A DNA stretch of 64,000 nucleotides from Strigamia acuminata (lineage: Eukaryota), in NCBI GenBank assembly GCA_949358305.1, contig OX442314.1, positions 14,198,001 through 14,262,000 on the forward strand, given 5' to 3'. The translations under genes were made by a program, and so were the position numbers. Below, in pieces: positions 10,601 to 22,104 of the stretch. Positions within the stretch are counted from its first letter, which is position 1. Each line of letters begins with the position of its first letter. The notes under the pieces are model-generated. The model saw only the letters and a list, made by a program, of their open reading frames with translations, did not search any database and was not told the origin of the DNA.

Positions 10601-13600
10601 CATATTTCTTGAAAAAATCCGTCATTTTTGACGAAACATCTTTATCTGTTTTTCAAGCAATGAAATAAGTGAACCCGATGGACACATTAGAGTTAAATGT
10701 GTACAAACCTTTGACATCTTTTTTAATGGCTGTTAAATAATATCCTTTGCCAAATCTCTTTTTTAAAAAGAGACTCGAACCACAACAACCGATCTTGCCT
10801 TTAGACATGATGGCAATGCGGTCACCAAGAATGTCCGCTTCATCCATAAAATGCGTCGTCAATAGAATGGTTTTGCCTTGATTGAAACATACATATGAGA
10901 AAATACAAGAAATCATATTTTTTTTTTTTAGTTAATTCGCAACCTTTTTTATATTTCACTAGTAAATCCCAAATTGATCTTCGAGCTTGCGGGTCCACGC
11001 CAGCCGTTGGTTCGTCAAGAATGATCACTTTAGAACCTCCAATAAATGCCACCGCAACTGACAACTTTCTAAGCATACCACCTATTAAAAAATGGGTGGA
11101 TTAATTCAGAAAAACTTAGCCATACTTTGTTAATGTAAATACCGGACAATTTTTTAGCTCGAACATTAGTTTTGTCAATTAGTCCCACATCAGTAATCAA
11201 TTGAAGAATTTCCTCATTCACTGCTATAGTTTTGTTGCTGTGTTTAAGATTTGCATAGAACCATAAATGCTCGTAAACCGTCAACCTAAAGAATAGATTA
11301 TAATTAAGTTATTCCATTTTGGTTATATATTAGATAAATTACTGATCAAAAAGGACGTTAAATTGCGGGCACATTCCTAGGGTGCTACGGATTTCCGACA
11401 TCTGCGAATGGATGTCGAACCCATTGATGATCGCTGTACCGGAAGTTGGTGGGAATATACCAGTGAGAATTGATCTTTTAAGAGAAAATTTGATCGTATT
11501 AATTTAAATTTAAATTTAAAACAAAACAAAATACATGGTCGTTGTTTTGCCAGCTCCATTCTGCCCAAGAAATGCCGTTATCTGACCTTCGTAGAAGTTT
11601 AGAGTCACATCATGCACGGCAACTTTACCACCGCTGTACACTTTTCTCAAGTTTTTCACAGCGATTCCCAAAGGTAAATGTGTAGGCTCAGCTTCGAAGT
11701 CCAAACTTTGAACTGTATAACGAAACGTATCCGTGTTAAAATCCAAATATTTGCATTTTCATGTCAATGTTTGTACCTTTCGTATCATTTTTCTCTAAAT
11801 CGTCAGCAACTTTTTTCTTTTTTTTTTTTAAACAGTGGATAAGTGGAAGCAAGCAGCAGTACCACGGCCGGGGCAAACCGAACATTCCTGAAAATAAACA
11901 AAAATCGGTTTAGCTTTGTGGATTTGAAGAAGAAGAAATCAAACTCACCTGGAAAAACGGCCTCTATGTACAGTGCCAAAAGAAAATAAATTACCGAATC
12001 GATAAGAAGCATTGCTATCGCTTCTAGAATCGAAAAATAATATTCATCCATTTCTTCACTTCCGCCGATGTTATGCCATTGCACTCCAATGCCGACTTCT
12101 TCCAAATTCGCGATGTATGCGCAACCAAATCCCAGTGCAATATTCGAAGATAAACTCTAAATTCATTAAAGGGATTAGTTTTGAAAACAGAAAACAGAAA
12201 TTTATCTAACTTACTGCGACTAGTCGAAATATACCAACCACATATTCCTGCCAACGTATTAAAAAAGCGTAGGGCAAATACAAAAAGAAGAAAATCAAAC
12301 CACCGGCGGCGGCAGCCATATTGGCTCTATTGAAAAATGTGCTTAATAAAAAGCTCAATGTAATTGTTGAAATGGCGAAACAGAATAAGAACAAAAAAAT
12401 GACCAGAGGATCAGCGTACGTTAAAATATAGCCAAACTAAAAAAAAAAAAAAAATTTTTTCTAACTTTTCCATGTTTATATTTAAATTTAGATGTTCACC
12501 CTTAAAACGAGCGAGAGAATTACTAATGAAATTAGAATTGTGGTAAGTGCATAGATAAACCAGCTACACCAATGGACCAAATTGCCCAGACCCATAGTTC
12601 GCATCGTTTCTTTAAGCCTGTATTCTTTCTCATACACGATGCTTCTGATCAACATTGCAGCAGTATAGACCCACGCCAAAACCATAAACAACGGAAAAGT
12701 TCCGGCAATGGCTAAAATAAAACTGTAAGGGATTTTGTACGACGATCAAACAATATTCGCAATTATTTTTACCGGTCAGTTATGTAACAGGGAAAAGGAA
12801 ACTGTTGCACCCATAATCCGGTATCTATTGTTAAGTTTGATTGTTCGGCAATTATGGATCTGTCAATCATATCTTGAAGAAATGTAAATCCAAAGTACAA
12901 ATATTGTAAATGCGTGAGCGGTATTCGGCGGGGAGCTGGCGGCGGCGGACTTTTAAAAAAGAAAAAAGTAAAATATAATCGTCGGTTTTCAAAAAAAAAA
13001 AAAAAAAAAATACCGTTTCAATGTTCTCGTGGGAGCAACTCTGTAGGCATCCATTCGGATTTTATATTTAATAAATTTAGGTAATTTATCACCACGGTAT
13101 TCATTTGGATCAACAAATTCCAAAAGTGCCCATAACTTGTCTTCTTGGTTCAGTTGTTGCGTCATTTCTTCTACATCCGATTCTAAATTGATTGGCTTAA
13201 CTTTATTGAATTCAAAACACTGGAATTAAAAATTCAATGGTAAATGCACAGATCTTTCACTTCGATTATCCGAACGTGGGTTATGCAAACGACCGAGCAG
13301 CAATGATCGATTTTTACTCGATTTTTTATCTTCATGTACATAAACCTAATGTCTGATTTTGCGTACAAATCGGCTTTATGAATACCTATGTCTCCCAATT
13401 AGTTCGGATAATCGACGCTCTACTGTATAAGCTGAATCTTACATAAAAGAAGTGTTTAACAGATAACAAGATATTATCTATAGTTTCTATCCAGAGCAAT
13501 AGGTCTGCCCGGCTTATAGAATATTGCTGGAAAAAAAAAGAATTTTTTAAATATATATTTCCAATAATATTTAATAATTTCATTACTGTTAATAATAAAG

Positions 13601-15261
13601 CGATGGCAAAATTATTATTTATTAATTCCTTAAGATTTGGAGATACTGGATTCAACCAAGCGCCGCTTATTTCGTACATCGTGGCTAATCCGTCAAAAGT
13701 TTGATTAACCTAAATTGAAATAACTTCTCTAATCAAAGGTCCACGAGAGATGATTAATTGCGAATACCCTGTTCATTAACTTGCGAGTGGAAGGCGTGTT
13801 GGGATAATACAAAATTGTTCCTTCGATTATAGGTTTCAGCAAGTTTTTTACCATGGAATTACTTACACCGAAAACAGAGTACAGATATTCGTCACAAACT
13901 AAAATTATCATAAAGTTCTACTTTAAAAAAAATTATTATTTTTATCGAATAATGGAATTACCAATTTCCTTCGTCTTATTTCTCAATTGAGGATCAGGCA
14001 AAGTATTTTGGACTTTCACAAATCGATCGGAAAATTTATAAACAGTCTCATTAGCATCCGTAGTGCCGATACCACTAAGCAAAAATACGCTCTCTTTTCC
14101 ACAAACAAGTCGATTTAGTAAATGATTGGTATTGTTAGCTGTATTATTCGCCTCGGATATACTGCCTTGATATTTTCCGAAAGTGTTTTGCGTAGCCGAC
14201 CAAAATTGTTGAAGTTGGATGATCTGAATTATAAATAAGTAGAAATTAAACAAAATTCGCTTTAATCATCAGAGAACACCAGCTATCCGAACGTCGGTTA
14301 AGCGAACAGCAGTAATGATTTTTTATCGATTTTTAAATCGATTTTTAATGATTTGTTATTTTTATACACAGTAAGACCGATTATGTGAACAAATCGGTCT
14401 TATGAACACCTATGTCTCCCAATTAGTTCGGATAGTTGGGGTTCCACTGTAATTATTTCATCTGTTGGCACAACCTTTGCGGGTAAAGCAAACAAATTGT
14501 CTATCCCGAGCAAATATTGTAAATAAAATAGTGGATTAGTTGGTGGATCTGTTGTGGAATATAAATTAATACTATCACTTGTTTTTAAATTCCTGTTTCT
14601 ACAAGAATAAGAATGGAATACCTTCATTAAAATCCTGTTCCTCAAACAAAAGTAAATTCTTTAGTATTGTTTGAAGCATTTCTTTATTGCCAGGCGTAAG
14701 TTGTTCGCGTGTAAATTGGGCCAAATCATGCAAGAATTCCGTAAGCCTGTGTAATGTATTGAGGAAAAGGTAATTAGAATTCTAAAATTAGATCGATGTT
14801 ATCTGCTATGGTTGCAATACAATGAATTGTTATAAACAGTCATAATATCGCTTTCCACTTGAACGGGTATTTTCTGACAGGTGTTATTTAGCGAACATAA
14901 ATATGTTTGTAGCCATGGAATTATTCCAGCACTAGGCATAGCCTTTTGTTCAAAGTAACCTTGAGATAAAAAATAATTTGAATAAGATTTATTGCAGTGG
15001 GAATTATTGTTTTTTAAATTATACATTACATTGGTGGTAAAATAACTTGAGTTCCTTGGTTCGTACCCACATGAGAATTAAAAATAAAGCAAGGGGCCAT
15101 AATATTTCAGTGAGGAATCGTTTCTGAAAATCATAAGTTACCGTTATTTGTTTAGATTTTATTTATAATTTTTATTTTTATTTTTATCGACTTACTTTTT
15201 GTCTCCGCTGCAGAGTTAGATTTTTCCAGCATAGCAGCTTCAGTTGTTTTAAGAAAGTCAT
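4676..15261 (-). CDS. ABCA: ATP-binding cassette subfamily A full transporter (ABCA1/4/7/12-like), about 40 short exons
   Basis: Exon 1 (15261-15196) [56 protein letters not shown]1: [56 protein letters not shown]2: [53 protein letters not shown]-terminus [21 protein letters not shown] (last exon 4708-4676). The exact orthologue cannot be resolved by eye. Confidence 0.93.
7099..7528. mobile_element. MITE (~430 bp) with ~60 bp terminal inverted repeats, in an ABCA intron
   Basis: 7099-7158 (aactatactcttgtttgattcaaaagggtggccttctcccattggccgagccgcattact) is the near-exact reverse complement of 7469-7528. The interior is AT-rich and non-coding. Confidence 0.8.
7535..7715. mobile_element. Tigger/pogo-type (Tc1-mariner superfamily) MITE, 181 bp
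   Basis: TA on both sides (7533-7534, 7716-7717); TIRs cagtgagtcccctacatacgaac / gttcgtatgtaggaggctcactg. Confidence 0.85.
13247..13425. mobile_element. Tc1/mariner-type MITE, copy 1 of a two-copy family in ABCA introns
   Basis: Ends ...gttcggataatcgacgctctactg-TA, inverted with cgattatccgaac near the left end. Shares caaatcgg..ttatgaa.acctatgtctcccaattagttcggata with 14270-14449. Confidence 0.65.
14270..14449. mobile_element. Tc1/mariner-type MITE, copy 2
   Basis: Imperfect TIR cagagaacaccagctatccgaac / gttcggatagttggggttccactg-TA; internally similar to 13247-13425. Confidence 0.65.
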
Positions 15262-15696
15262 TTTTCAGAGGTCACGGTGTGTTAGAATGTCATTCTGGTT
15301 TTGTTATGTTTTCAGACGATTTTATAAGATTCATGGGGAATCATTCATTGAGAAAGAATGCACCGTACCGACCGTACGTATCCCTCATCAGAACTCACAG
15401 CATGGAATTGGGTCAATGATTAATTTTTTATATTAACAACAGAAGGCGCATCAACCACGGCGCTGCTAACCGGCATTTTTAATTCCGAACGAAAACCGGT
15501 GAAAGTGTTAAGATGAAGAATAAGAAAAGCAAAACAATCCAGCTAAACAAAATGAGGTAAGGAATTTTAGACTCACAGTTGTTTCCTGCTCGCATAATTG
15601 CCATCATATTTCTTGTCAATACAAATATTATTCTTTAACTGAAAATCGCATTAGCCCTTACCTAAATTTTCAGCCGGTCCCAAATAAGTGTAGTAT

Positions 15697-15734
15697 ACGA
15701 ATACAATAAACCTAGGTAGGTTTATTGTGTTCGT
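15697..15734. repeat. Short near-perfect palindrome (18 bp arms)
   Basis: acgaatacaataaaccta-gg-taggtttattgtgttcgt; one mismatch. Confidence 0.7.
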
Positions 15735-15764
15735 GGTAGTATCATGGTTTATTTTATCGGAGTG

Positions 15765-16390
15765 GTTATTTCCACAGAAAACCCAAAAAATCCAAAGTCA
15801 ATTACCTGTGTTGATTGACAGCGATTTTGTAATTTTCGTTTTATTTTCGTTTTATTTTCTACTTGTTAACAGCTGCAGGATTGGATTTTATCATAAATTA
15901 ATTTAAAATTATTTACAAGTATTAATAATTTATTTCCTGTGAGCTAACTTTGAATGATTTTTTTTTTGGTTTATTTCAGGTTTTAAAATTTGAAAAATGA
16001 TTACCTATATTTTGGTTTTAAACTTCAAAGTTGGTTGAATTAAATGGAAGAAGTGGAAGAAATGGAAGAAATGGAGATATTTAGTCTTTTAAAAGGAAAA
16101 ATTGAGTGAAATTAGTGTTTTAATCGTGAATATATGGTGAATTTTATGTTTTTCTTCAAAGTGGTTGAATTCGGTATATGAAAACGAAAAAGTAGTTGAA
16201 TTTAGTGTTTGAAAATTCAATTACGATAGTCCGCTTTTGATGTTTTAAAACTTAACCAACATATGATAAAATTCAACCCTGCAGCTACTAAGTCATATTT
16301 GTTGAAAATTAAACGAAAATAGCAAAATTGCTGTCAATCAATACCGGTAAATGAATTTTTTTTATTTTTCTAATTTTCTGTGGAAATAAC
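15765..16390. mobile_element. Non-autonomous DNA element (~625 bp) with long (~130 bp) imperfect inverted ends
   Basis: Left arm gttatttccacagaaaa...gttgattgacagcgattttg...agctgcaggattggattttatcata pairs with right arm tatgataaaattcaaccctgcagct...caaaattgctgtcaatcaat...ttttctgtggaaataac. Confidence 0.65.
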
Positions 16391-16653
16391 ACATGGTTAT
16401 TTTTAAATTAAAGTCAACATTACAACAATTTGTTATTTTAGCACTAACACCACTACAATTCAAGAATAATAATACTATTTAAGCAAAAACTTACAAAAAT
16501 AATACATTTTTATTCGGCCATTTTGATGTCAAAGATAGAAAAAGCGCATTTTTCAGGAGTCAAAATTAACCCTAGGTCGAGCAAAGCAAAGCAAAGCAAA
16601 AACTGAGCATTATGAGCAACATTCATTTATGTATGGATTTATTTATTTTTATT

Positions 16654-17775
16654 TTATAATTTTTTGGGCGGTGTCGGTTCTCTTATTCTCCCTATAAACA
16701 AAATCATCTCAGATTTCATATCACGAATTACAAACATGAATGGCCGATCAACGACGAACTTGACGACCGAATTAGCGCAGAAACAACCATTAGACGCTGT
16801 CGGAACGCTCATATTTTTCCCCCCACCGTCTTCGCAAACCTCCACTTTAACACCGTGGTACAAAGCGGAGAGAAAAATCCTGTCGTTTGTATTTTCCATA
16901 TTCTCACCCATACCGGACAAATCCGCAGCCTGCCTGCTAAACATGTCCTCAACACCCATGTGAGCCAAAGCGTCCGTATACACCAGTGAAGTCTCCACGT
17001 GGAAACGAGGCAACATGACATTAACAACGGTCGATTTCATGTCCAGCAACAACGACTCCAATTCTTCCTCGTTCATCTTCGCTTCCAGTGCGGTCAGACC
17101 GGTTATATCTCGCGGTAACAAGATGATGCACGTGACCCGGTCGCCAGCGTATGGCAACTCGATGGCCGAACATTTGAGGTGTTTGCTGACCACGTACGGA
17201 TAACGACCCTGTTGTTGGATGACATCCATCGCCGTGAACTTCTCCTTTTCCGTGTAGAAGCGACCTGGGTGTGCGGAATCGTGATAGAATTTGCGTTGCC
17301 ATGGGGATTTGAAGTGGACGCAACTGATGAGCACGGCTCGGGCCAAGTGGTCGAGGCCACCTTGAGTTACGACCTCTTTGATTTGCTTCTGTGTCGATTT
17401 TTCCACCCAATGGTTGATGGAGTTTCGAAGGTGGTCCACGTCGGCCATGAAGTCGACACTGGGGACGGTCACGGCATAGTGATTCTGCGCTAGGGCCAAG
17501 AAGTCGGAGTGGACTTTGAATTCTTTGTGGACGTAGATGCGGTTCGCCAAGTGAAGAATTGCTTTTTTCACGTTGTGGGGACGGAATGATTTAAGGAGAT
17601 CCTCGAAAGCCATGTGCACGTCTTGGGGATCTTCGGCCAAGGATTCAAAGCGCAGAAGTTTTTTTATTTGTTCGGCTGTGGCTTCTTTGGCACCGGCAAA
17701 CACGAGCGATAGAACGGAGGCGATGGCAAAAGGTGATACGACTAAGTTGGGCATGAGTGTTTCGGTTTGGCTTAG
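16654..17775 (-). CDS. Serpin 1, main exon (strand s6B to C-terminus); probably non-inhibitory; 5' structure unresolved, possibly a young pseudogene
   Basis: Serpin motifs NLVVSPFAI, GAKEATAEQI, ANRIYV, INHWVEKSTQKQI, ELPY, LPRF, ADLSGM and FVVDRPFMFVIRD...LFIGRI. The exon starts after a CAG acceptor (17776-17778). Hinge EDGGGKNMS is non-canonical. Confidence 0.88.
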   Translation of the reverse strand, partial: LSQTETLMPNLVVSPFAIASVLSLVFAGAKEATAEQIKKLLRFESLAEDPQDVHMAFEDLLKSFRPHNVKKAILHLANRIYVHKEFKVHSDFLALAQNHYAVTVPSVDFMADVDHLRNSINHWVEKSTQKQIKEVVTQGGLDHLARAVLISCVHFKSPWQRKFYHDSAHPGRFYTEKEKFTAMDVIQQQGRYPYVVSKHLKCSAIELPYAGDRVTCIILLPRDITGLTALEAKMNEEELESLLLDMKSTVVNVMLPRFHVETSLVYTDALAHMGVEDMFSRQAADLSGMGENMENTNDRIFLSALYHGVKVEVCEDGGGKNMSVPTASNGCFCANSVVKFVVDRPFMFVIRDMKSEMILFIGRIREPTPPKKL

Positions 17776-17992
17776 CTGCAATGGTAAGTGAAGAAGTTAT
17801 AATGGAAAAATGCAGTTTGTAACAACCAAATACCGAATTTTTGGTTACTTTTGTCAAGTTTCTAGAATTTGCCTATAGATAAGTGTCTGGGTGATGCATT
17901 TTGTGTTGGTTTGGAGCAAGTAAATGCGGAAGATTGTGTTTATATGGCGATATATTATTCTTGTTGTGTGGTATGTCACTACTCCTGCACCT

Positions 17993-18240
17993 TGCGTCCA
18001 AAAAGTCTCAAAATATTTTTAAAAAAGTTGTAAATTGTTAAATTCCACAGACTTTTTGAACACTTGTTTTTTCATTTATTGTTGATGTTTTAAATAAATA
18101 TTATTGAATCAGTTTGCTAATTTAATCAGACATTACTTCAGTGGTATATTTAGTACTCCTAAAAGGAAAATTAAATCAAAATATTGGAAGTTAATGTTTT
18201 TCAAATTTATCGTTATTCCACAGACTTTTTGGAGGCACCC
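17993..18240. mobile_element. Degenerate mariner-like MITE
   Basis: tgcgtccaaaaagtct (left) is inverted relative to agactttttggaggcaccc-TA (right); internal copy of ttccacagactttttg near 18042. Confidence 0.5.
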
Positions 18241-19087
18241 TAGTTCATGTATTACTTTGTATCTCCATTGTATAGCCTTTTACTCTTCGTCTGAATAAAG
18301 AAACCCATGTAAAAGAAGTGCTCCATGTTTCCTCAAGATTATTAAGTGATGGGATTGTCAATTTATAAAATGACATAGTTGATACATTTGATCGGCTTTG
18401 TGGAATAAAATACAAAATTTTGAGCTGATTTTGAGTAGAAACAACATGTTTTTGTGTGCTTACAATTTAATTAATTAGTAACAAACGTTACATCTAATTT
18501 TTGCTGGTTACCATGGTTACTATGGCTGCTCATTGTTTGCACCTTATCTTTCCATTTTTCTGATTTGTGTATTTTGTCACTTTCTATTGTTAATTTTATG
18601 TATGACAACATTGTTCTAGCTTTATCATTTCAAGTGAGTTTGCTTACTATAGGTGTGTCCGTCAACGACCACCGTTAAATTAACGCCGTGTAAAATCAAT
18701 TAAAAGTAACGACAATTAATGGTTACGGAAGTAGGTCCTGTGATGGCATTCATCTGCAGCGTAATGGCAGACTTGAAGGTCTTTTTATCATATTTATTCA
18801 GTGCAAAGCCAGGTCGCAGCAGATTAGGGTCTTATATAAGTTATTATTATTATTATTAAAATTCGGTATTAGGTGTTGAAAAAAATGTAATGTGCTTGGC
18901 TAAAAAATAATAAATGTTTTGAGGAAATTGCAGTTACTAGATAAATTGCAAAGGCGAATTTTTGGAGTCGTTTACATAGTATGGTCACGTTATCGTTTCT
19001 GAATAATGGTTTATCTGAAATTCATACGCAAAATAAAATAACAATTTAAAAATAAAAGCATTCTCACAAAGTATGAAACTTGCTCAC

Positions 19088-19123
19088 CTATTCCAAGATC
19101 TTGGTGGTCACCCATTTTTCTAC
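19088..19123 (-). other. Small ATG-containing exon (MGDHQDLGI) upstream of serpin 1; paralogous exon at 23520-23555
   Basis: ttttcag acceptor and gtgag donor are conserved in both duplicate copies. A further conserved donor (cag|gtaagt near 20268, cag|gtgagt near 25644) suggests a 5' UTR exon. Confidence 0.5.
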
Positions 19124-20770
19124 CTGAAAAATTCAAATATAATCGAAAATTTTAAATTAAAGATTTTTCAATTCAAATTTGTATTGTTTTTTAATATGGT
19201 TCAAAAATATATTGAAATTAAGTATATAAATGCGTTGAGTTCCACGAGAATGCGTTTTGATAAATTACATTTTTGCGTGCTATTGGTTTGCAAATAAAAT
19301 GTTAATAGATTTTGTAAAGTGTATTATGAAATGCGTTCACAATACTATCATTTGTCAATCAAATGTGTTAAGAAATGCATTATTTAATGCTAAACATTTT
19401 GGAATGCATTAAGCGAAAATTAATATATTGTAAAATGTTGAATATATTGAATTTTGTGGGTTGGTGCGTGTAAAAAACTTCTTGCAACATGTTAATTAGT
19501 TTCTGAAAAGCCTTAATGCAAATAAAAAAAAGTTAATTCCAACTTGTTTAGTGTAATCCAATTTGGTTGCTTGAGTTGTTTTTGTATGGCACTACATGTC
19601 CATGTAACATAATTCAGATCCATGTACAGATACTTGGTACTTGTTGTGTGTACATCTATTTGGTTGCCATGGGAATTGCTTTAATGTGTTTAGCAACGGC
19701 AGAATTTCACAGATACCAAAGGTCATACTTATTGACAGGCATTTTAACACATTAAAAAGAAATAATACTTTTGGCCTTTGTATACGGCATGAATGAGAAT
19801 GAGAATGGAGAAAATCATTAACTGAAGGTACACTGACCTTGCGACTTTACTGGATTATACGGTGCGATTTACTTTTTATTTACCAAGATTAGAGTCGATT
19901 AAATGGGAATTACAAACCACAGGTATATTTTTAATAGTTGGATCTTATCGAGCTGTTTTCCCTTATGAGCAATCAATTTTTCTTTCACTTGTGGTTTGTT
20001 TATCTAGCAACTTGTTGGGTTGATTTATTCTTTTGTTATGTTAGAAAATTGGTTTTTCACTCGTTACCTGACGCACTTTGTATTTTTAAATGGTAAAATC
20101 GATAATTTTTATAATTAAATTTGGCTAACAACAAAGTTGACTTCATTTGAGGGTCTTAATACTTTTTTCTTTAAGTTTGTGTGAAAATTGTCGATTACAA
20201 CGAGCAATTTGCTCGCTAATCTGTTTTTTTTTTAATAGTGAAAATTTAAATAGTCGATACGACTTACCTGTTTTTCTTTCGAGGTCACTCGTTGAAAAAT
20301 GGACAGGACGAGGAGCAAGTTGCGACGGCTCAGTTTCAGTGATCGGTGTAATGTTGTTGATTTCAATTATCACCAGGGTGCTTACATCGATCTCAACTTC
20401 TGTTTTTGTGTGGGTTTTTTTTTATTTTGGATGTGTTGACAAGTGGCGCCACCAATTTTCTATAATATTAATATTTGATTTAACTTTGTAGAAAATGTCT
20501 TGAAAAAAATTTAATTTTGGGATTAAAATTGAGAGGAAAATACAGTGACTCAAAAAATTGTTCACATGTTTGTAGTAGTATCGTTAATTGGCAAAAAAAA
20601 GATTTATAATGTTTTCTCAGAAAGAAAATATTTTAAATTTTAACACAAATAGCTCATGATCTTTCAGAAAAAGTAAATAATTTTTAAAAATTTCAAAAAA
20701 CAAAAAAGATATGACCGAAAAAGCATCGATCTTTCATGTGCGCGAGATTCATCTCGGAGCATTAAAACCA

Positions 20771-21345
20771 AGGGACCAAGAACTACCAACTAATTTACCG
20801 AAAGGAGCAGAGGGCCCTACATGGATTTAGCGATGCGAGTTGGGACCGAACGGCAAATGCAAGATCGTACTCGGGATTTATCATCCAAGACGGTATCGCA
20901 ATAATCCATTGGCGCTGCAAAAAGCAAACGAGCGTAGCATTTTTCAGTACGGAAAGTGAACTTGTCGTAGTGGAAGAAGGATTGCAAGACTTGTTATGGA
21001 CTCGACAAGTGATTTGAATGGATTTGAAAAGGGGCACCAACCATCCGACCTGAACCTGTTCTGTGACAGCTTGAACTTAGTACAATTGTTGCAATCTGGA
21101 GCATAGAAAATGAGAACAAAACTGTTTAACCGGAAGTATCACTTTGTAAAACAGATGATCACCAAGGAAAATGTGGAAGTGATACACATTCCAAGCGAAC
21201 CAATGCTGGCGGACTTCGCACTAAGCTGGTAGCAGGGTAACTTAGAGACTTTTTGAGAGAACTTAAAATAGTGGATTAAGATTTTGTTTAATAATAATTA
21301 TTGTTTGAGTGAATTATTACCAAAGAAGGGAAATTGTGACGGATA
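20771..21345 (+). mobile_element. Ty1/copia LTR-retrotransposon remnant (RNase H region, polypurine tract, start of 3' LTR)
   Basis: Translates GTKNYQLIYRKEQRALHGFSDASWDRTANARSYSGFIIQ...IHWRCKKQTSVA..STESEL, later KYHFVKQMI and VEVIHIPSEPMLADF, with frameshifts. This matches the copia GYSDADWA..SW.SKKQ..VALSTTEAE..LADILTK pattern. Purine tract aaagaagggaaa at 21322-21333 is followed by TG at 21335. Confidence 0.8.
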
Positions 21346-21792
21346 ATGTTGCTTAACCAGCATATAATAAAATTTAACCCTGCAGCTATTAAGTCAGTTT
21401 TCACTGTGGTGCAAATTACGTGTCTTGTACACCAGGAATAGGTCATATTAGTTGAAATTTAAATGAAAATAGCAAAATTGCTGTCAATCAATACCAGTAA
21501 AGAAATTTTTTTTATTTTTCTAATTTTCTGTGGAAATAACAGATGGTTATTTTTAATTTAAAGTCAACATTACAACAATGTGTGATACCAATACTAATAC
21601 CACTACAATTCAAGAATAATAATACAATCTAAGCAAAAACTTACAAAAATGATATAATTTTATTGAGCCATTTTGTTGTCAAAGAAAGAAAAAGCACATT
21701 TTTCCCGGAGTCAAAATTAACCCTAGGTCGAGCAAAGCAAAGCAAAGCAAAAACTGAGCATTATGAGCAACATTCATTTATGTATGGATTTA

Positions 21793-22090
21793 CAGTGTAA
21801 GCTGTGTAGCCCGGACATAGCACCGTCCGGACAGCTGTATGGTCTGGACAGGTTTGCACGGACCCGGACCCAATCTGTATAGAGCAATGCAAAATTTGTT
21901 CTTTGGTCCGGACAGCTCTCCCTTCCGGAATCCGGACAATCCGATGCGTAGTCCGGAAAAAACAAAAAATGTCGATTTTCTAATGAAACAAATTGCAAAA
22001 AGACCAGAGAGTGTATACGCCCTACAGAACGGACATTCCCTAGATCGGACAAGTTTCTGGTCCTATATCCGGGCTACGCAGCTTACACTG
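21793..22090. mobile_element. Tc1/mariner-type MITE (298 bp) inserted just downstream of the serpin 2 stop codon
   Basis: TA duplication (21791-21792, 22091-22092); ~28 bp TIR cagtgtaagctgtgtagcccggacatag / ctatatccgggctacgcagcttacactg. The empty site with a single TA is present in copy A near 16640. Confidence 0.92.
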
Positions 22091-22104
22091 TATTTGTTTT
22101 TATT

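Larger units (their letters stand above)
16251..20540. repeat. Tandem segmental duplication, copy A
   Basis: Collinear high similarity with 21352-25918: 16251-17790 to 21352-23244; 18812-19360 to 23245-23790; 19830-20540 to 25203-25918. Confidence 0.92.
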
